A stretch of DNA of 64,000 bases from Longimicrobiales bacterium (GTDB lineage: Bacteria; Gemmatimonadota; Gemmatimonadetes; Longimicrobiales; Gaopeijiaceae): assembly GCA_965249725.1 (NCBI GenBank), contig CBDFMQ010000002.1, forward strand, positions 1,344,001 to 1,408,000, in the 5' to 3' direction. The translations under genes were made by a program, and so were the position numbers. Under the pieces are notes generated by a model. That model was not told the origin of the DNA and did no database searches. It saw only the letters and a program-made list of their open reading frames with translations. This document shows, piece by piece, positions 55,369-64,000 of the stretch. How positions within the stretch are numbered: the first letter of the stretch is position 1; each line of letters opens with the position of its first letter.

Positions 55369-56787
55369 CTATTCCTTCTCTGCGGAAGCAGGCCGATCTT
55401 CCTCTGCGGAAGCGGGCCGATCTTCCTCTAGGGACGCGGGTCCCCCTTTCTCGGTGGCCGCAGGCCGGACCACATGTCTGTATCCCTCCGCGGCCACGAT
55501 CCGCACCGGAGTGCCGTGTTCGATCCACTCGGACTCCGAAACGATGTCGATACGCTCGTCGTCGAAGAGGCCAATGCCCGAGGGTCTCAAGTCGGTAATC
55601 GCCACACCTTCCCGATTCACGAGCTCCGGCCGGGTCTGGGCCGACTCGTATCCGATGGCTTTGTCGGTCCGCGTGCCCAGGAAGATGCCCGTGCGGTAGA
55701 GTCGGGCGCTCTTGGGAAGGTGGCGAACGAGCGCCCAAGCTGTGACCAGAATCAGGAGTAGGGTCGTGCTCAGCACACCCCCGGCCCTGCTGAAGTCCTC
55801 CGCCGTCGGCAAGCCGCCCAACAAGCTCATATAGATACCCGCTCCCATGCCTACCAGCCCCAACAATCCGAAGAACCCGAAGCCGGGAATGATCATGACC
55901 TCCGCCGCCAGGAACAAGACACCGGCACCGAAGACAAGCAGGTCCTCCCAGCCGGCGAGACCTATGATCAGATGGGAGCCGAAGAACAGGGAGAGCGAGA
56001 GCAGCCCGGCTGCGCCTGCCAATCCGACCGCCGGGGTCTTGATCTCGACGATGAGTCCCAAGAAGCCGAGCGACAGGAGGAACGGAGCCACGACCGGATG
56101 GGAAAAGAAGCGCACCAAACGCTCTGCCCAGTTGACCTCGAGGTCGCGAACCGCCGCACCGGACAGGTTCAGATCATCCAGCAGGGTGGTGAAATTGTCC
56201 GTCGCTAGCGCGTACTCCAGGTCTACCGCCTCCTCGGTGGTGAGGGTGAGGAGCTTGCCCGCCTCACTCACGCCAGGGACAGCGATGGACTCGTCGACCA
56301 TGGCCTCGGCCACCTGGGGGTTGAGTCCCTGAGCCTCGGCCAACGCGCGCATCTCGCTGCGCATCGCCGAGACGATCTTCTCCGATGCCTTGGTGCCGGC
56401 GCCATCCACTGGAGTGACTGCCCCCATGACGGATCCGGGCCTCATGTAGACGCGGCGAGTCGCCAGAGCGATCAGAGCTCCGGCCGAGAACGCGCGCCGA
56501 TTCACGAACGCGTAGACTGGCACTCGAGCGTCCGCGATGGCGTCGGCGATGCGCTCGGCGGCATCGACACGCCCACCGGGTGTATCGATGTCGAGTACAA
56601 TCGCCTCGGCGCCCGAAGCCTCGGCCTCGCGAATGGCGCGCTCGATGAAGGGGGCCAAGCCGAGCTCGACCACCCCGGTCACAGGCACCCGGAAGACTGC
56701 CTCGCTCCCTTGGCCCGCCGCCGTCGCTGGGAAACTCAGTACTCCACCGAGTACCACCGCCGTAATGGTCTGGATTATGCGCGTCAT
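55369..56787 (-). CDS. nfeD: NfeD-family membrane serine protease (YqeZ-like)
   Basis: IDTPGGRVD, AFSAGALIAL, EAMVD, LLTLTTEEA, TM domain, OB-fold TDLRPSG. Confidence 0.9.
   Translation of the reverse strand: MTRIIQTITAVVLGGVLSFPATAAGQGSEAVFRVPVTGVVELGLAPFIERAIREAEASGAEAIVLDIDTPGGRVDAAERIADAIADARVPVYAFVNRRAFSAGALIALATRRVYMRPGSVMGAVTPVDGAGTKASEKIVSAMRSEMRALAEAQGLNPQVAEAMVDESIAVPGVSEAGKLLTLTTEEAVDLEYALATDNFTTLLDDLNLSGAAVRDLEVNWAERLVRFFSHPVVAPFLLSLGFLGLIVEIKTPAVGLAGAAGLLSLSLFFGSHLIIGLAGWEDLLVFGAGVLFLAAEVMIIPGFGFFGLLGLVGMGAGIYMSLLGGLPTAEDFSRAGGVLSTTLLLILVTAWALVRHLPKSARLYRTGIFLGTRTDKAIGYESAQTRPELVNREGVAITDLRPSGIGLFDDERIDIVSESEWIEHGTPVRIVAAEGYRHVVRPAATEKGGPASLEEDRPASAEEDRPASAEKE
55378..55429. repeat. 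24-bp tandem duplication in the nfeD 3' end (EEDRPASA x2)
   Basis: ctctgcggaagcaggccgatcttc / ctctgcggaagcgggccgatcttc. Confidence 0.9.
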
Positions 56788-56917
56788 GTCTCTCTTCTCC
56801 CCCGGAGCGATACGCTGCGACGGACAGATGGAACGTACATCGGAAAGCCGGTGCTCACAAAGCGGAAACCCACTTCCCGACCCGGGAAACCAGGCTTATC
56901 GACTGGCAAACACCGCC

Positions 56918-57652
56918 TTAGTCGGGAAGCTCGACCCCGAGCATGAGGCACGCGTAGTACGATCCGCGGATCGCCCGAGCGTAGTCGCCCTCGTAGGCGG
57001 CGCTACGGGCTACGTCAATGAGCCGCTCTACCCGCCCCAGCATCTCCTCGGAGTACGAATCCGAAGTGGATTTCCTTCTGACTCCCTCCTCGGCATACGC
57101 CAGCAGTTGAGCTGCGACGTGGGGCGGCGTCACCTCGAGGAGATAGTCGGAGGCCTGGAGGGCTGCAGCGAGAGCAGACGTGCCCTCCCCCTCCTCGGCC
57201 TGGATCCAGGCCGTCGTCAGCATCTCGCGGGCCGAATCCAACCGGCGACTCACCCGCTCCGGGATGCCGATCGCGGAAAGTCGATCCACACGGGCCAGTG
57301 TCGAGTCCATCTCGATCAGCAACCGCTCCAACTCTCCCTCACGGAGGCGTAGGAAGAGATCGGGCACAGCGTCGGCGTAGACAGAGGAGCGCAGCGCCCG
57401 CCCCTCGTCCGTCGGCAACTCCCAGGAGTCCTCCCATCGCATCAACGGAGCGTCGGTGAGGAGACCTCCAGAAGCGACCCAGGCCTCTGTGAGGCTCGCC
57501 GAATGACCCAGGTTGAGAGCCGCGCGGGTCTCCTGAGCCAAGAGGCCCGCCATGGGATCGGAGACGGCATCGGTGCACGCGGCCACAGACAGGGCGACCG
57601 ACAACAAGCACGCCATGGCCCCGGCAGGGAGCTGAAGGGAGCTGGTGTTCAT
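56918..57652 (-). CDS. Hypothetical helical lipoprotein
   Basis: Lipobox VAAC; all-alpha composition. Confidence 0.7.
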   Translation of the reverse strand: MNTSSLQLPAGAMACLLSVALSVAACTDAVSDPMAGLLAQETRAALNLGHSASLTEAWVASGGLLTDAPLMRWEDSWELPTDEGRALRSSVYADAVPDLFLRLREGELERLLIEMDSTLARVDRLSAIGIPERVSRRLDSAREMLTTAWIQAEEGEGTSALAAALQASDYLLEVTPPHVAAQLLAYAEEGVRRKSTSDSYSEEMLGRVERLIDVARSAAYEGDYARAIRGSYYACLMLGVELPD

Positions 57653-57765
57653 CGTTTCAAGCTATCTACGACCCGCTATGCGAATCAATTCCCACGCGCT
57701 CCTCATGCTCACCGACCCGCGGCGACGAAGCATGAGGCGGGCGTGCTCCCCTTCTCCAGACTCGG

Positions 57766-57816
57766 TTGCCGGTCCTCAGGGGCCCGGGTAGCTTCTCGTT
57801 CGAACGCTCGTCCGAA
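57766..57816 (+). promoter_or_regulatory. sigma70-like promoter plus palindromic TetR operator
   Basis: TTGCCG (57766-71), 17 bp, TAGCTT (57789-94); imperfect palindrome TTCGAACGCTCGTCCGAA at 57799-57816. Confidence 0.6.
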
Positions 57817-57924
57817 TGGGACTCTGTGCGAAGGTCGTCAGCTACACCGGGGAGACGGACGCGGAGTGGCTGTCGGGCCCTGAAACCCCCGTTCCTCCCC
57901 CTCAGAGGGCCATCCACGCATCCG

Positions 57925-58566
57925 ATGCAGCGCCGATACGACGCCAAACTCGCGAGAATCCTCCGTGAGGCCTCCGCCCTCTTCGCCGAAAAGGGGTACG
58001 GCGGTGCCAGCATTCGGGATATTTCCGCCGCCACCGGCGTGAGCCTCGCCGGTCTGTACTACTATTTCAAGAGCAAGGAGGATCTGCTCTTCCTGATCCA
58101 GAAGCACTGCTTCGACACCCTTTTCGAGCGACTCGCACAGGATCTTGAGGGAGTCGGAGAGCCGGTGGACCGCCTCGAGGTCATCGTCACGAACCACCTG
58201 CGCTTCTTCGTGAACAACATGTCGGAGATGAAGGTGCTCTCGCACGAGGCGGACGCCCTTACCGGGGACTACCGCAGGCAGATCGCCGCTCGCAAGCGGG
58301 AGTATGTGAGCGCCGTACAGGCGTGCGTCGATCAGGTCGCCCCTGAACAGGACCCGACGGACCGAAGGGTCGCTACCTTCGCGCTCTTCGGGATGATGAA
58401 CTGGATCTACACGTGGTATCGACCGGGCAAGGAAGTCCCGGTGGATCGACTGAGTTCGACGGTGTTGCAGATCTTCCTCCGCGGCGTCGCCACTCATCCC
58501 ATGGTGAGCCCCAGCACGCATCGGGCATCCGACGCAGGAAACACGTCGATGTGGATGGAGCAATGA
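57925..58566 (+). CDS. TetR/AcrR regulator, PaaR/KstR2-like
   Basis: HTH LFAEKGYGGASIRDIS...LYYYFKSKEDLL; C-terminal GMMNWIYTWYRP. Confidence 0.92.
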   Translation: MQRRYDAKLARILREASALFAEKGYGGASIRDISAATGVSLAGLYYYFKSKEDLLFLIQKHCFDTLFERLAQDLEGVGEPVDRLEVIVTNHLRFFVNNMSEMKVLSHEADALTGDYRRQIAARKREYVSAVQACVDQVAPEQDPTDRRVATFALFGMMNWIYTWYRPGKEVPVDRLSSTVLQIFLRGVATHPMVSPSTHRASDAGNTSMWMEQ

Positions 58567-58654
58567 TGCCGAAAAAGGTCGGGCCCGCCCCTCCCTTCAT
58601 TGTGTTATCGTTTTTTTAGAGAAACCCGCAGAACCCAAGGAGCAACGACAGGAC

Positions 58655-59455
58655 ATGACGGACAAGACACTGGTTCACTACGACGTTCAGGACGGCGTGG
58701 CCATCCTCACTCTCGACGACCCACCCGCGAACACCTACACACACGAGATGATGGTCCAACTCGACCAAGCCATCCTGCGTGCCCGCTTCGACGAGGACGC
58801 CGAGGTGATCGTGGTCACCGGAGCTGGTGAGAAGTTCTTCTGCGCCGGCGCCAACATCCAGATGCTCTCCGAGGTCACATCGGGCTTCAAGTACTGCTTT
58901 TGCCTGCACGCCAATGAGACGCTGAATCGCTTTGAGCACACGCCGAAGCTCGTCATCGGTGCCCTCAACGGGCACACGGTGGGGGGAGGACTCGAGATTG
59001 CGATGGCCTGCGATGTGCGGGTGGCACGGAAGGATGGGGGCCAGTGCGGCCTCCCCGAGGTGGCCCTCGGCGTCCTGCCGGGCACGGGCGGCACCCAGCG
59101 AATGGTCCGCATTGTCGGGAAGTCGAAGGCCATAGAGCTGATGGCCGGCGGTGACACGTTCGGATTCGACAAGGCCCTGGAGATGGGCCTCGTCAACCAG
59201 GTAATCGAGGCTGATGACCGCGAGGACTTCATGGCCAAGGTCATGGAGTACGCGAAACAGTTCACGACGCCGAACAAAGCGGTGAGGGCGGTCGGTAGCA
59301 TCAAGCGCTCCGTCCAGTCGGGGGCCGAGTTGCCGTTCGAGCTGGCCCTGACGCTGGAGCGTGAGCTGCAGCAGCAACTGTTCCAAAGCCAAGACGCAAA
59401 TGAGGGCCTGTCGGCCTACGTGGAGAAGCGTAAGGCCGAGTTCACGGGCAAGTAA
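58655..59455 (+). CDS. Enoyl-CoA hydratase/isomerase
   Basis: FFCAGANI, GGGLEIAMACD, GLPEVALGVLPGTGGTQR. Confidence 0.92.
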   Translation: MTDKTLVHYDVQDGVAILTLDDPPANTYTHEMMVQLDQAILRARFDEDAEVIVVTGAGEKFFCAGANIQMLSEVTSGFKYCFCLHANETLNRFEHTPKLVIGALNGHTVGGGLEIAMACDVRVARKDGGQCGLPEVALGVLPGTGGTQRMVRIVGKSKAIELMAGGDTFGFDKALEMGLVNQVIEADDREDFMAKVMEYAKQFTTPNKAVRAVGSIKRSVQSGAELPFELALTLERELQQQLFQSQDANEGLSAYVEKRKAEFTGK

Positions 59456-59497
59456 TGACAGCTCGTAACGCGCTATGAGAACGACCGGGTGTGCGCT

Positions 59498-60691
59498 ATG
59501 AAGACGGCATGGATCGTGGATGCCGTGCGGACTCCCATCGGCCGGCACGGAGGCGGATTGGCCGCCGTCCGACCGGACGATCTCGCGGCACGGGTCATCC
59601 GGGCCCTGATCGATCGGACGGGGGTCGATCCGGCGGAGGTCGACGACGTGCTGATGGGCTGTATCAACCAAGCAGGCGAGGACAACCGCAACGTGGCCCG
59701 CATGGCACTCTTGCTCGCAGGACTCCCGGTTAGCGTGCCGGGCGTTACGGTGAATCGCCTGTGTGGATCAGGGCTCCAGGCTGTGAACTCCGCGTTTCAT
59801 GCGATCCAGGCGGGTGAGGGAGAGATCTTCATCGCGGGGGGCGTCGAGAGCATGAGCCGTGCGCCTTTCGTGATGCTCAAGCCCGAGCGCGGCTACAGCC
59901 GAGGGCATCCCCAGACCGCGGACACCGTGCTGGGCTGGCGTTTCATCAACCCGGCGATGCCCAGCCACTGGACCATCGGCCTGGGCGAAACGGCGGAGGT
60001 GGTGGCTGAAGAGTTCGGGGTCGGCCGGGAGGAGCAGGATGCCTTCGCCGCCGAGAGTCAGCGACGTGCCGGAGAAGCGATCGAGACCCACCGCTTCGAT
60101 GCGGAGATCGTACCCGTGGAGGTTCCTCAGCGGAAGGGTGAGCCCCTCGTGGTCGAACGGGACGAGCATCCCCGCCCCGGCACCACTGAGGCGGATTTAG
60201 CCCGACTACGGCCAGCGTTCAAGAAGGACGGGACGGTGACGGCCGGCAACGCCTCGGGGATCAACGATGGTGCTGCTGCCCTTCTCGTTGTCGAGGAGAG
60301 CCGGGCGCACAGCCTCGGCTTGGAGCCGCTGGCGAGAGTGGTGGCCTCGGGAGTAGCGGGTGTCGAGCCGGATCGAATGGGCATGGGCCCGGTACCCGCA
60401 GGGCGACTCGCCCTGCGTCGTGCGGGAGTGGCGGTGGGTGACCTGGACCTGGTGGAGTTGAATGAGGCCTTCGCGGCCCAGGCCCTTCCGTGCATGCGGG
60501 AGCTCGACCTGGACCCCGCGAAGGTAAACGTGAACGGAGGCGCCATAGCCCTGGGACATCCCGTGGGATGCTCCGGTGCACGCATCCTCACGACTCTCGT
60601 TCATGAGATGTCGAAACGAGAGGCAGCCGTCGGAATGGCGACAATGTGCATCGGCGTCGGGCAAGGCATCGCGACGGTGGTGTCGACATGA
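59498..60691 (+). CDS. Thiolase, 3-oxoadipyl-CoA (PcaF/PaaJ) type
   Basis: NQAGEDNRNVARM, NRLCGSG, NEAFA, GHPVGCSG, CIGVGQG. Confidence 0.92.
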   Translation: MKTAWIVDAVRTPIGRHGGGLAAVRPDDLAARVIRALIDRTGVDPAEVDDVLMGCINQAGEDNRNVARMALLLAGLPVSVPGVTVNRLCGSGLQAVNSAFHAIQAGEGEIFIAGGVESMSRAPFVMLKPERGYSRGHPQTADTVLGWRFINPAMPSHWTIGLGETAEVVAEEFGVGREEQDAFAAESQRRAGEAIETHRFDAEIVPVEVPQRKGEPLVVERDEHPRPGTTEADLARLRPAFKKDGTVTAGNASGINDGAAALLVVEESRAHSLGLEPLARVVASGVAGVEPDRMGMGPVPAGRLALRRAGVAVGDLDLVELNEAFAAQALPCMRELDLDPAKVNVNGGAIALGHPVGCSGARILTTLVHEMSKREAAVGMATMCIGVGQGIATVVST

Positions 60692-61554
60692 CGGCCCCCT
60701 TCAAGCGCGTTTCGGTCCTCGGCTCGGGGACGATGGGGCACGGGATCGCTCACGTCTGCGCGGCCGCTGGGCTCCAGACCACGCTCTACGACATCGATCT
60801 GTCCATCGTCGACTCCGGATTCGAACGCATTCGAGCCAATCTCGACAAGGGCGTTTCGCTCGAGAAGATCACCGCCGCCGATCGGGACGCGACGCTCGGA
60901 CGGATCGAGCTGACCTCGGAGCTCGCCTACGCCCTGGAGCACATGCCGTTGGTTATCGAGGCGGCTCCGGAGTCCATAGAGATCAAGCTGAACCTGTACC
61001 GCCTCGTCGAGCAGAGGGTGGGAGAAGACACCGTCTTCGCGACGAACACGTCGTCCCTCAGCATCTCGAGGCTGGCGGCCGATCTGACCTCCCCGGAACG
61101 CTTCGTGGGACTGCACTTCTTCAATCCGGTGCACATCATGAAGCTCGTGGAGGTCGTGGAAGGTGAACACACTTCGGACGAGACCACCCGACTGGCGACC
61201 GACTTCGTGCGTTTCATCGGGAAGGAGCCGATCGTGGTACAGGATTCACCCGGATTCGCTTCGTCACGGCTGGGGATCATCTTGGGCCTCGAGGCGATCC
61301 GCATGGTCGAAGCGGGCGTGGCGAGCCCCGCGGCGATCGACAAAGCCATGACGCTGGGCTACCGACACCCCATGGGTCCCCTCAAACTCACCGACCTGGT
61401 CGGCCTCGACATCCGACTGGACATTGCCGAGTATCTCCATCGCACATTGGAGTCGGAGGCCTTTCGCCCGCCCGAGCTGCTCAAGCGCCTGGTTTCCGAA
61501 GGCAAACTGGGCAAGAAGACGGGTGAAGGATTCTACCGTTGGGAGAAGGAATGA
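60688..61554 (+). CDS. 3-hydroxyacyl-CoA dehydrogenase (PaaH/Hbd type)
   Basis: GSGTMGHGIA, ATNTSSL, GLHFFNP, HPMGP, GKKTGEGFY. Confidence 0.94.
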   Translation: MTAPFKRVSVLGSGTMGHGIAHVCAAAGLQTTLYDIDLSIVDSGFERIRANLDKGVSLEKITAADRDATLGRIELTSELAYALEHMPLVIEAAPESIEIKLNLYRLVEQRVGEDTVFATNTSSLSISRLAADLTSPERFVGLHFFNPVHIMKLVEVVEGEHTSDETTRLATDFVRFIGKEPIVVQDSPGFASSRLGIILGLEAIRMVEAGVASPAAIDKAMTLGYRHPMGPLKLTDLVGLDIRLDIAEYLHRTLESEAFRPPELLKRLVSEGKLGKKTGEGFYRWEKE

Positions 61555-62330
61555 GCGACGCACCCCTCCTCGTCGAGCGTTACGGCGCCCTGGGCATTCT
61601 CACGCTGAATCGTCCGGACAAGCTCAACGCTTTGAACCAAGATCTACGTCAGCGAATCAAGGACGCGCTTCATGAGCTGGCGCACGATCCGAGCGTCAAG
61701 GTCGCGATCATCCATGGACAGGGTGAAAAGGCCTTCATCGCTGGGGCGGACGTCTCGGAGTTCGCGTCCCGTACGCCGGCTGAGCAGCGCGAGGTCTACC
61801 AGAACCCGAGGGTGTACGATGTCGCGGCGGCGTTCCCAAAGCCCCTGATCGCTGCGATCCACGGGTTTTGCGTAGGCGGCGGCTGCGAGCTGGCCTTGGC
61901 CTGCGACGTTCGTGTCGCCGACAAGACGGCCCGCTTCAGTCAAGCCGAGATCCGCCTGGGACTGATTCCCGGTGCCGGGGGGACACAGCGCCTCGCGCGC
62001 TTGGTGGGTGCGGGGCAGGCGCTGCGCATTGCACTCACAGGCGACTTCGTCGATGCAGAAGAGGCCTTCCGGATCGGGCTCGTGGAGTTCCTGGTCGACG
62101 ATGGCCAACACCTGGAAAAGGCCCGTGATCTGGCCGAGCGCATGGCGAGGTGGAGCCCTGTGGCCCTACGCCTGGTCAAGCAGTCAGTGCGAGCAGCCCT
62201 CGAGACGCCGCTCGCCGCCGGATTGGACCTCGAGAGGGAGCTATTCCTCTCGGCGTTCGCCAGCGACGACGGACGTGAGGGAGTACAGGCGTTCGTGGAG
62301 AAGCGCGAACCCGATTTCAAGGGCCGATGA
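61551..62330 (+). CDS. Enoyl-CoA hydratase (PaaF/Crt type)
   Basis: LNRPDKLNAL, AFIAGADV, GGGCELALACD, AEIRLGLIPGAGGTQRL. Confidence 0.93.
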   Translation: MSDAPLLVERYGALGILTLNRPDKLNALNQDLRQRIKDALHELAHDPSVKVAIIHGQGEKAFIAGADVSEFASRTPAEQREVYQNPRVYDVAAAFPKPLIAAIHGFCVGGGCELALACDVRVADKTARFSQAEIRLGLIPGAGGTQRLARLVGAGQALRIALTGDFVDAEEAFRIGLVEFLVDDGQHLEKARDLAERMARWSPVALRLVKQSVRAALETPLAAGLDLERELFLSAFASDDGREGVQAFVEKREPDFKGR

Positions 62331-62364
62331 ACGCGGGGCCCATCAGGCACCTCGGAAAACTGCT

Positions 62365-62718
62365 ATGAGCGACGATTCAACCCGCGATGACGGCGCCAGC
62401 GGAGACGGCGCCACTCGGACTCGGGCCGAGCTGGAGTCGCTCAGGGACCGCATCATGGAGCTGGACGACGAAATGATCCAGCTCATAGGACAGCGACGCA
62501 CGGTCGTGATGGAGATCGGTCGGGTGAAGCAGGAACTGGATCTTCCCGTGCTCGATCCCGCCCGCGAAGCCCAAGTCGTACGTACGTGGGCGGAACGTGC
62601 GCGAGAACAGGGCGTGGATCCCGAGCTCGCTCGCGACGTCATCCGACGGATTATCTCAGCTGCCCGAAGCGCGCAAAGCCTGCCTGATGATCACGGGAAG
62701 TCAAGCTCGACCGACTAG
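62365..62718 (+). CDS. Chorismate mutase, AroQ type
   Basis: LESLRDRIMELD...QRR...IGRVK...VLDPAREAQV. Confidence 0.85.
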   Translation: MSDDSTRDDGASGDGATRTRAELESLRDRIMELDDEMIQLIGQRRTVVMEIGRVKQELDLPVLDPAREAQVVRTWAERAREQGVDPELARDVIRRIISAARSAQSLPDDHGKSSSTD

Positions 62719-62748
62719 ACTCAGACTCGACGGACTAGTCGAGTAGGA

Positions 62749-63722
62749 TCAGTCGTCGGCGCGGCGGAGCGGGCGATCGGGCATTCCCACGGCGGCGACC
62801 ACCTGGGGTCCAGCACCCACCGGGACTCGGAGTGGGTAGGCCGGCCCCGGAGGTGTCATGCTCAGGATGAGCTGGGGATTCAGCTCGTGCATGCGCTCCG
62901 TCGACACGCCCACCGAATGCGCGATGATGTTCAGGCCCGTGCCACCCGGAGTCCACACGATGTCGTACGCGTAAGGCTCCGCACGGGTGACCTCGAACCC
63001 ATACTTCGAGGCGTAGCGGGCCAGATACGTGGCCGCCAGGAGCTTCGGCACATACTGCGCGGTCTCGCGGGGTAGGTGGTCCACGATCTCCCAATACAGG
63101 CTCTCCTCCCCTATCCGACCGCCGGCATGTCGGTTGAGCGCGCGGGACACTCGGGTGGGTCCCGCGTTGTAGGCCGCTGCAGCCAGATACCAGGAGCCGT
63201 ACCGCTCGTACAATGCGCCCAGGTAGTCGAGAGCCGCATCGGTGGCCCGAACGGGGTCGCGTCGCTCGTCGACGTACGAGTCGATCCGGAGCCCGTACGC
63301 CAAGCGGTCGGACTCATGAACTGCCAGGCGCCCAAGGCAGCGACGTACGACTGAGCGTCGGGAAAAAACCCGGACTCGATCATGGCCAGGTACATCAACT
63401 CCTCTGGCATTCCACGCTCACGGAGCTTAGCGGTGATCATGTCTGAGTAAAGGCCTGCCCTCGAGAGAGTTTCCTCGAAGGCCTTCTTCTCCTCGGTCAC
63501 GAACCGTCGGGTCCAGAACTCGACGCGCTCGTTCTCGTGAAGAGGCAGCTGCGCCGACGCCAATTCCCGCTCGATATCGGCCAACATCACCGGCACGACC
63601 TCTTCACTCAGCCATCCGGACTCGTCGACCACCTCATCGGCGTCGGTGAAGCCCCAACCGGCCGCGAGAAATCCCCCGGACATCAGCAGCGCCGCGGACG
63701 AGCCGCCTCAGCCATTTATCAT
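62749..63722 (-). CDS. MltD-like lytic transglycosylase with LysM-like tail; frameshift at 63302, 5' end disrupted or uncertain
   Basis: YLAMIESGF, GAWQFM in one frame, continuing AYGLRID...DERRDP, LAAAAYNAG, ETAQYVPK, ELNP in another; one extra T joins them. Confidence 0.85.
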
Positions 63723-63877
63723 CTATTGTCTTGGAGTACATACCGCCCTCCCTGTCTATCAGTCTCGCACACCTTACGAGCCATCCCCTCAAAAAGATCC
63801 ACCCCGACCCTACGAATCAGCGGAACGTCCGAGAGGATCCTGTATCTCTGGTCTTCTCAGGTACGACTGCGAGGCAT

Positions 63878-63916
63878 AAAGAAAGCCCGCTTCGCAAGGG
63901 AGACCCTGCGAAGCGG
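63878..63916 (-). terminator. Intrinsic terminator after rpmA
   Basis: Minus strand CCGCTTCGCA...TGCGAAGCGG stem followed by GCTTTCTTT. Confidence 0.8.
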
Positions 63917-63938
63917 ACTCGGTAAGTCTTCTAGGGAA

Positions 63939-64000
63939 CTACTCGCCGGCGTAGACCGAAACTGCCTTACGTCGTCGGTAGGTCTCGAAGGTCACCACAC
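63939..64000 (-). CDS. rpmA: 50S ribosomal protein L27, C-terminal end (partial)
   Basis: Minus strand reads VVTFETYRRRKAVSVYAGE*, matching the L27 tail pattern GxVxF...RKxVSV; followed by a strong terminator. Confidence 0.72.
   Translation of the reverse strand, partial: VVTFETYRRRKAVSVYAGE

Noticed and set aside
63878..64000. c-di-AMP riboswitch upstream of the transglycosylase
   Set aside because: Better explained as the rpmA 3' end plus its terminator; the ydaO consensus blocks are absent.

Overview
GC-rich bacterial chromosomal segment. Gene content and protein style suggest Gemmatimonadota, probably a long-read MAG (inference). It carries a core minus-strand run (icd-pepA-TonB-type OMP-yicC-gmk-rpoZ-coaBC-udg-dnaB), TCA genes (icd, gltA, acnA), a LolA-like/ABC/OM-barrel export operon, tRNA-Leu(CAA), an amino-sugar cluster (GH109, GALK2-like kinase, nucleotidyltransferase, SSS transporter), nfeD-floA, a TetR-led acyl-CoA beta-oxidation operon and the 3' end of rpmA. 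No CRISPR array, integrase or transposase was seen. The most notable signal is a dispersed mutagenesis system: imuB, a stand-alone ImuB C-terminal-domain gene followed by recX, and dnaE2 19 kb from imuB, with no imuA in the window. Each of the three units has its own sigma70-like promoter overlapped or directly followed by the same TTCGG-N6-TTCGG direct repeat, a candidate SOS/LexA box. Other notable items: a probable GalNAc-to-UDP-GalNAc salvage route, an aminotransferase with two in-frame TAG codons, an internally deleted M28 peptidase remnant, a 1068-aa pure coiled-coil protein, and three homopolymer frameshifts that look like sequencing errors. All family calls are from recalled motifs, not database searches.
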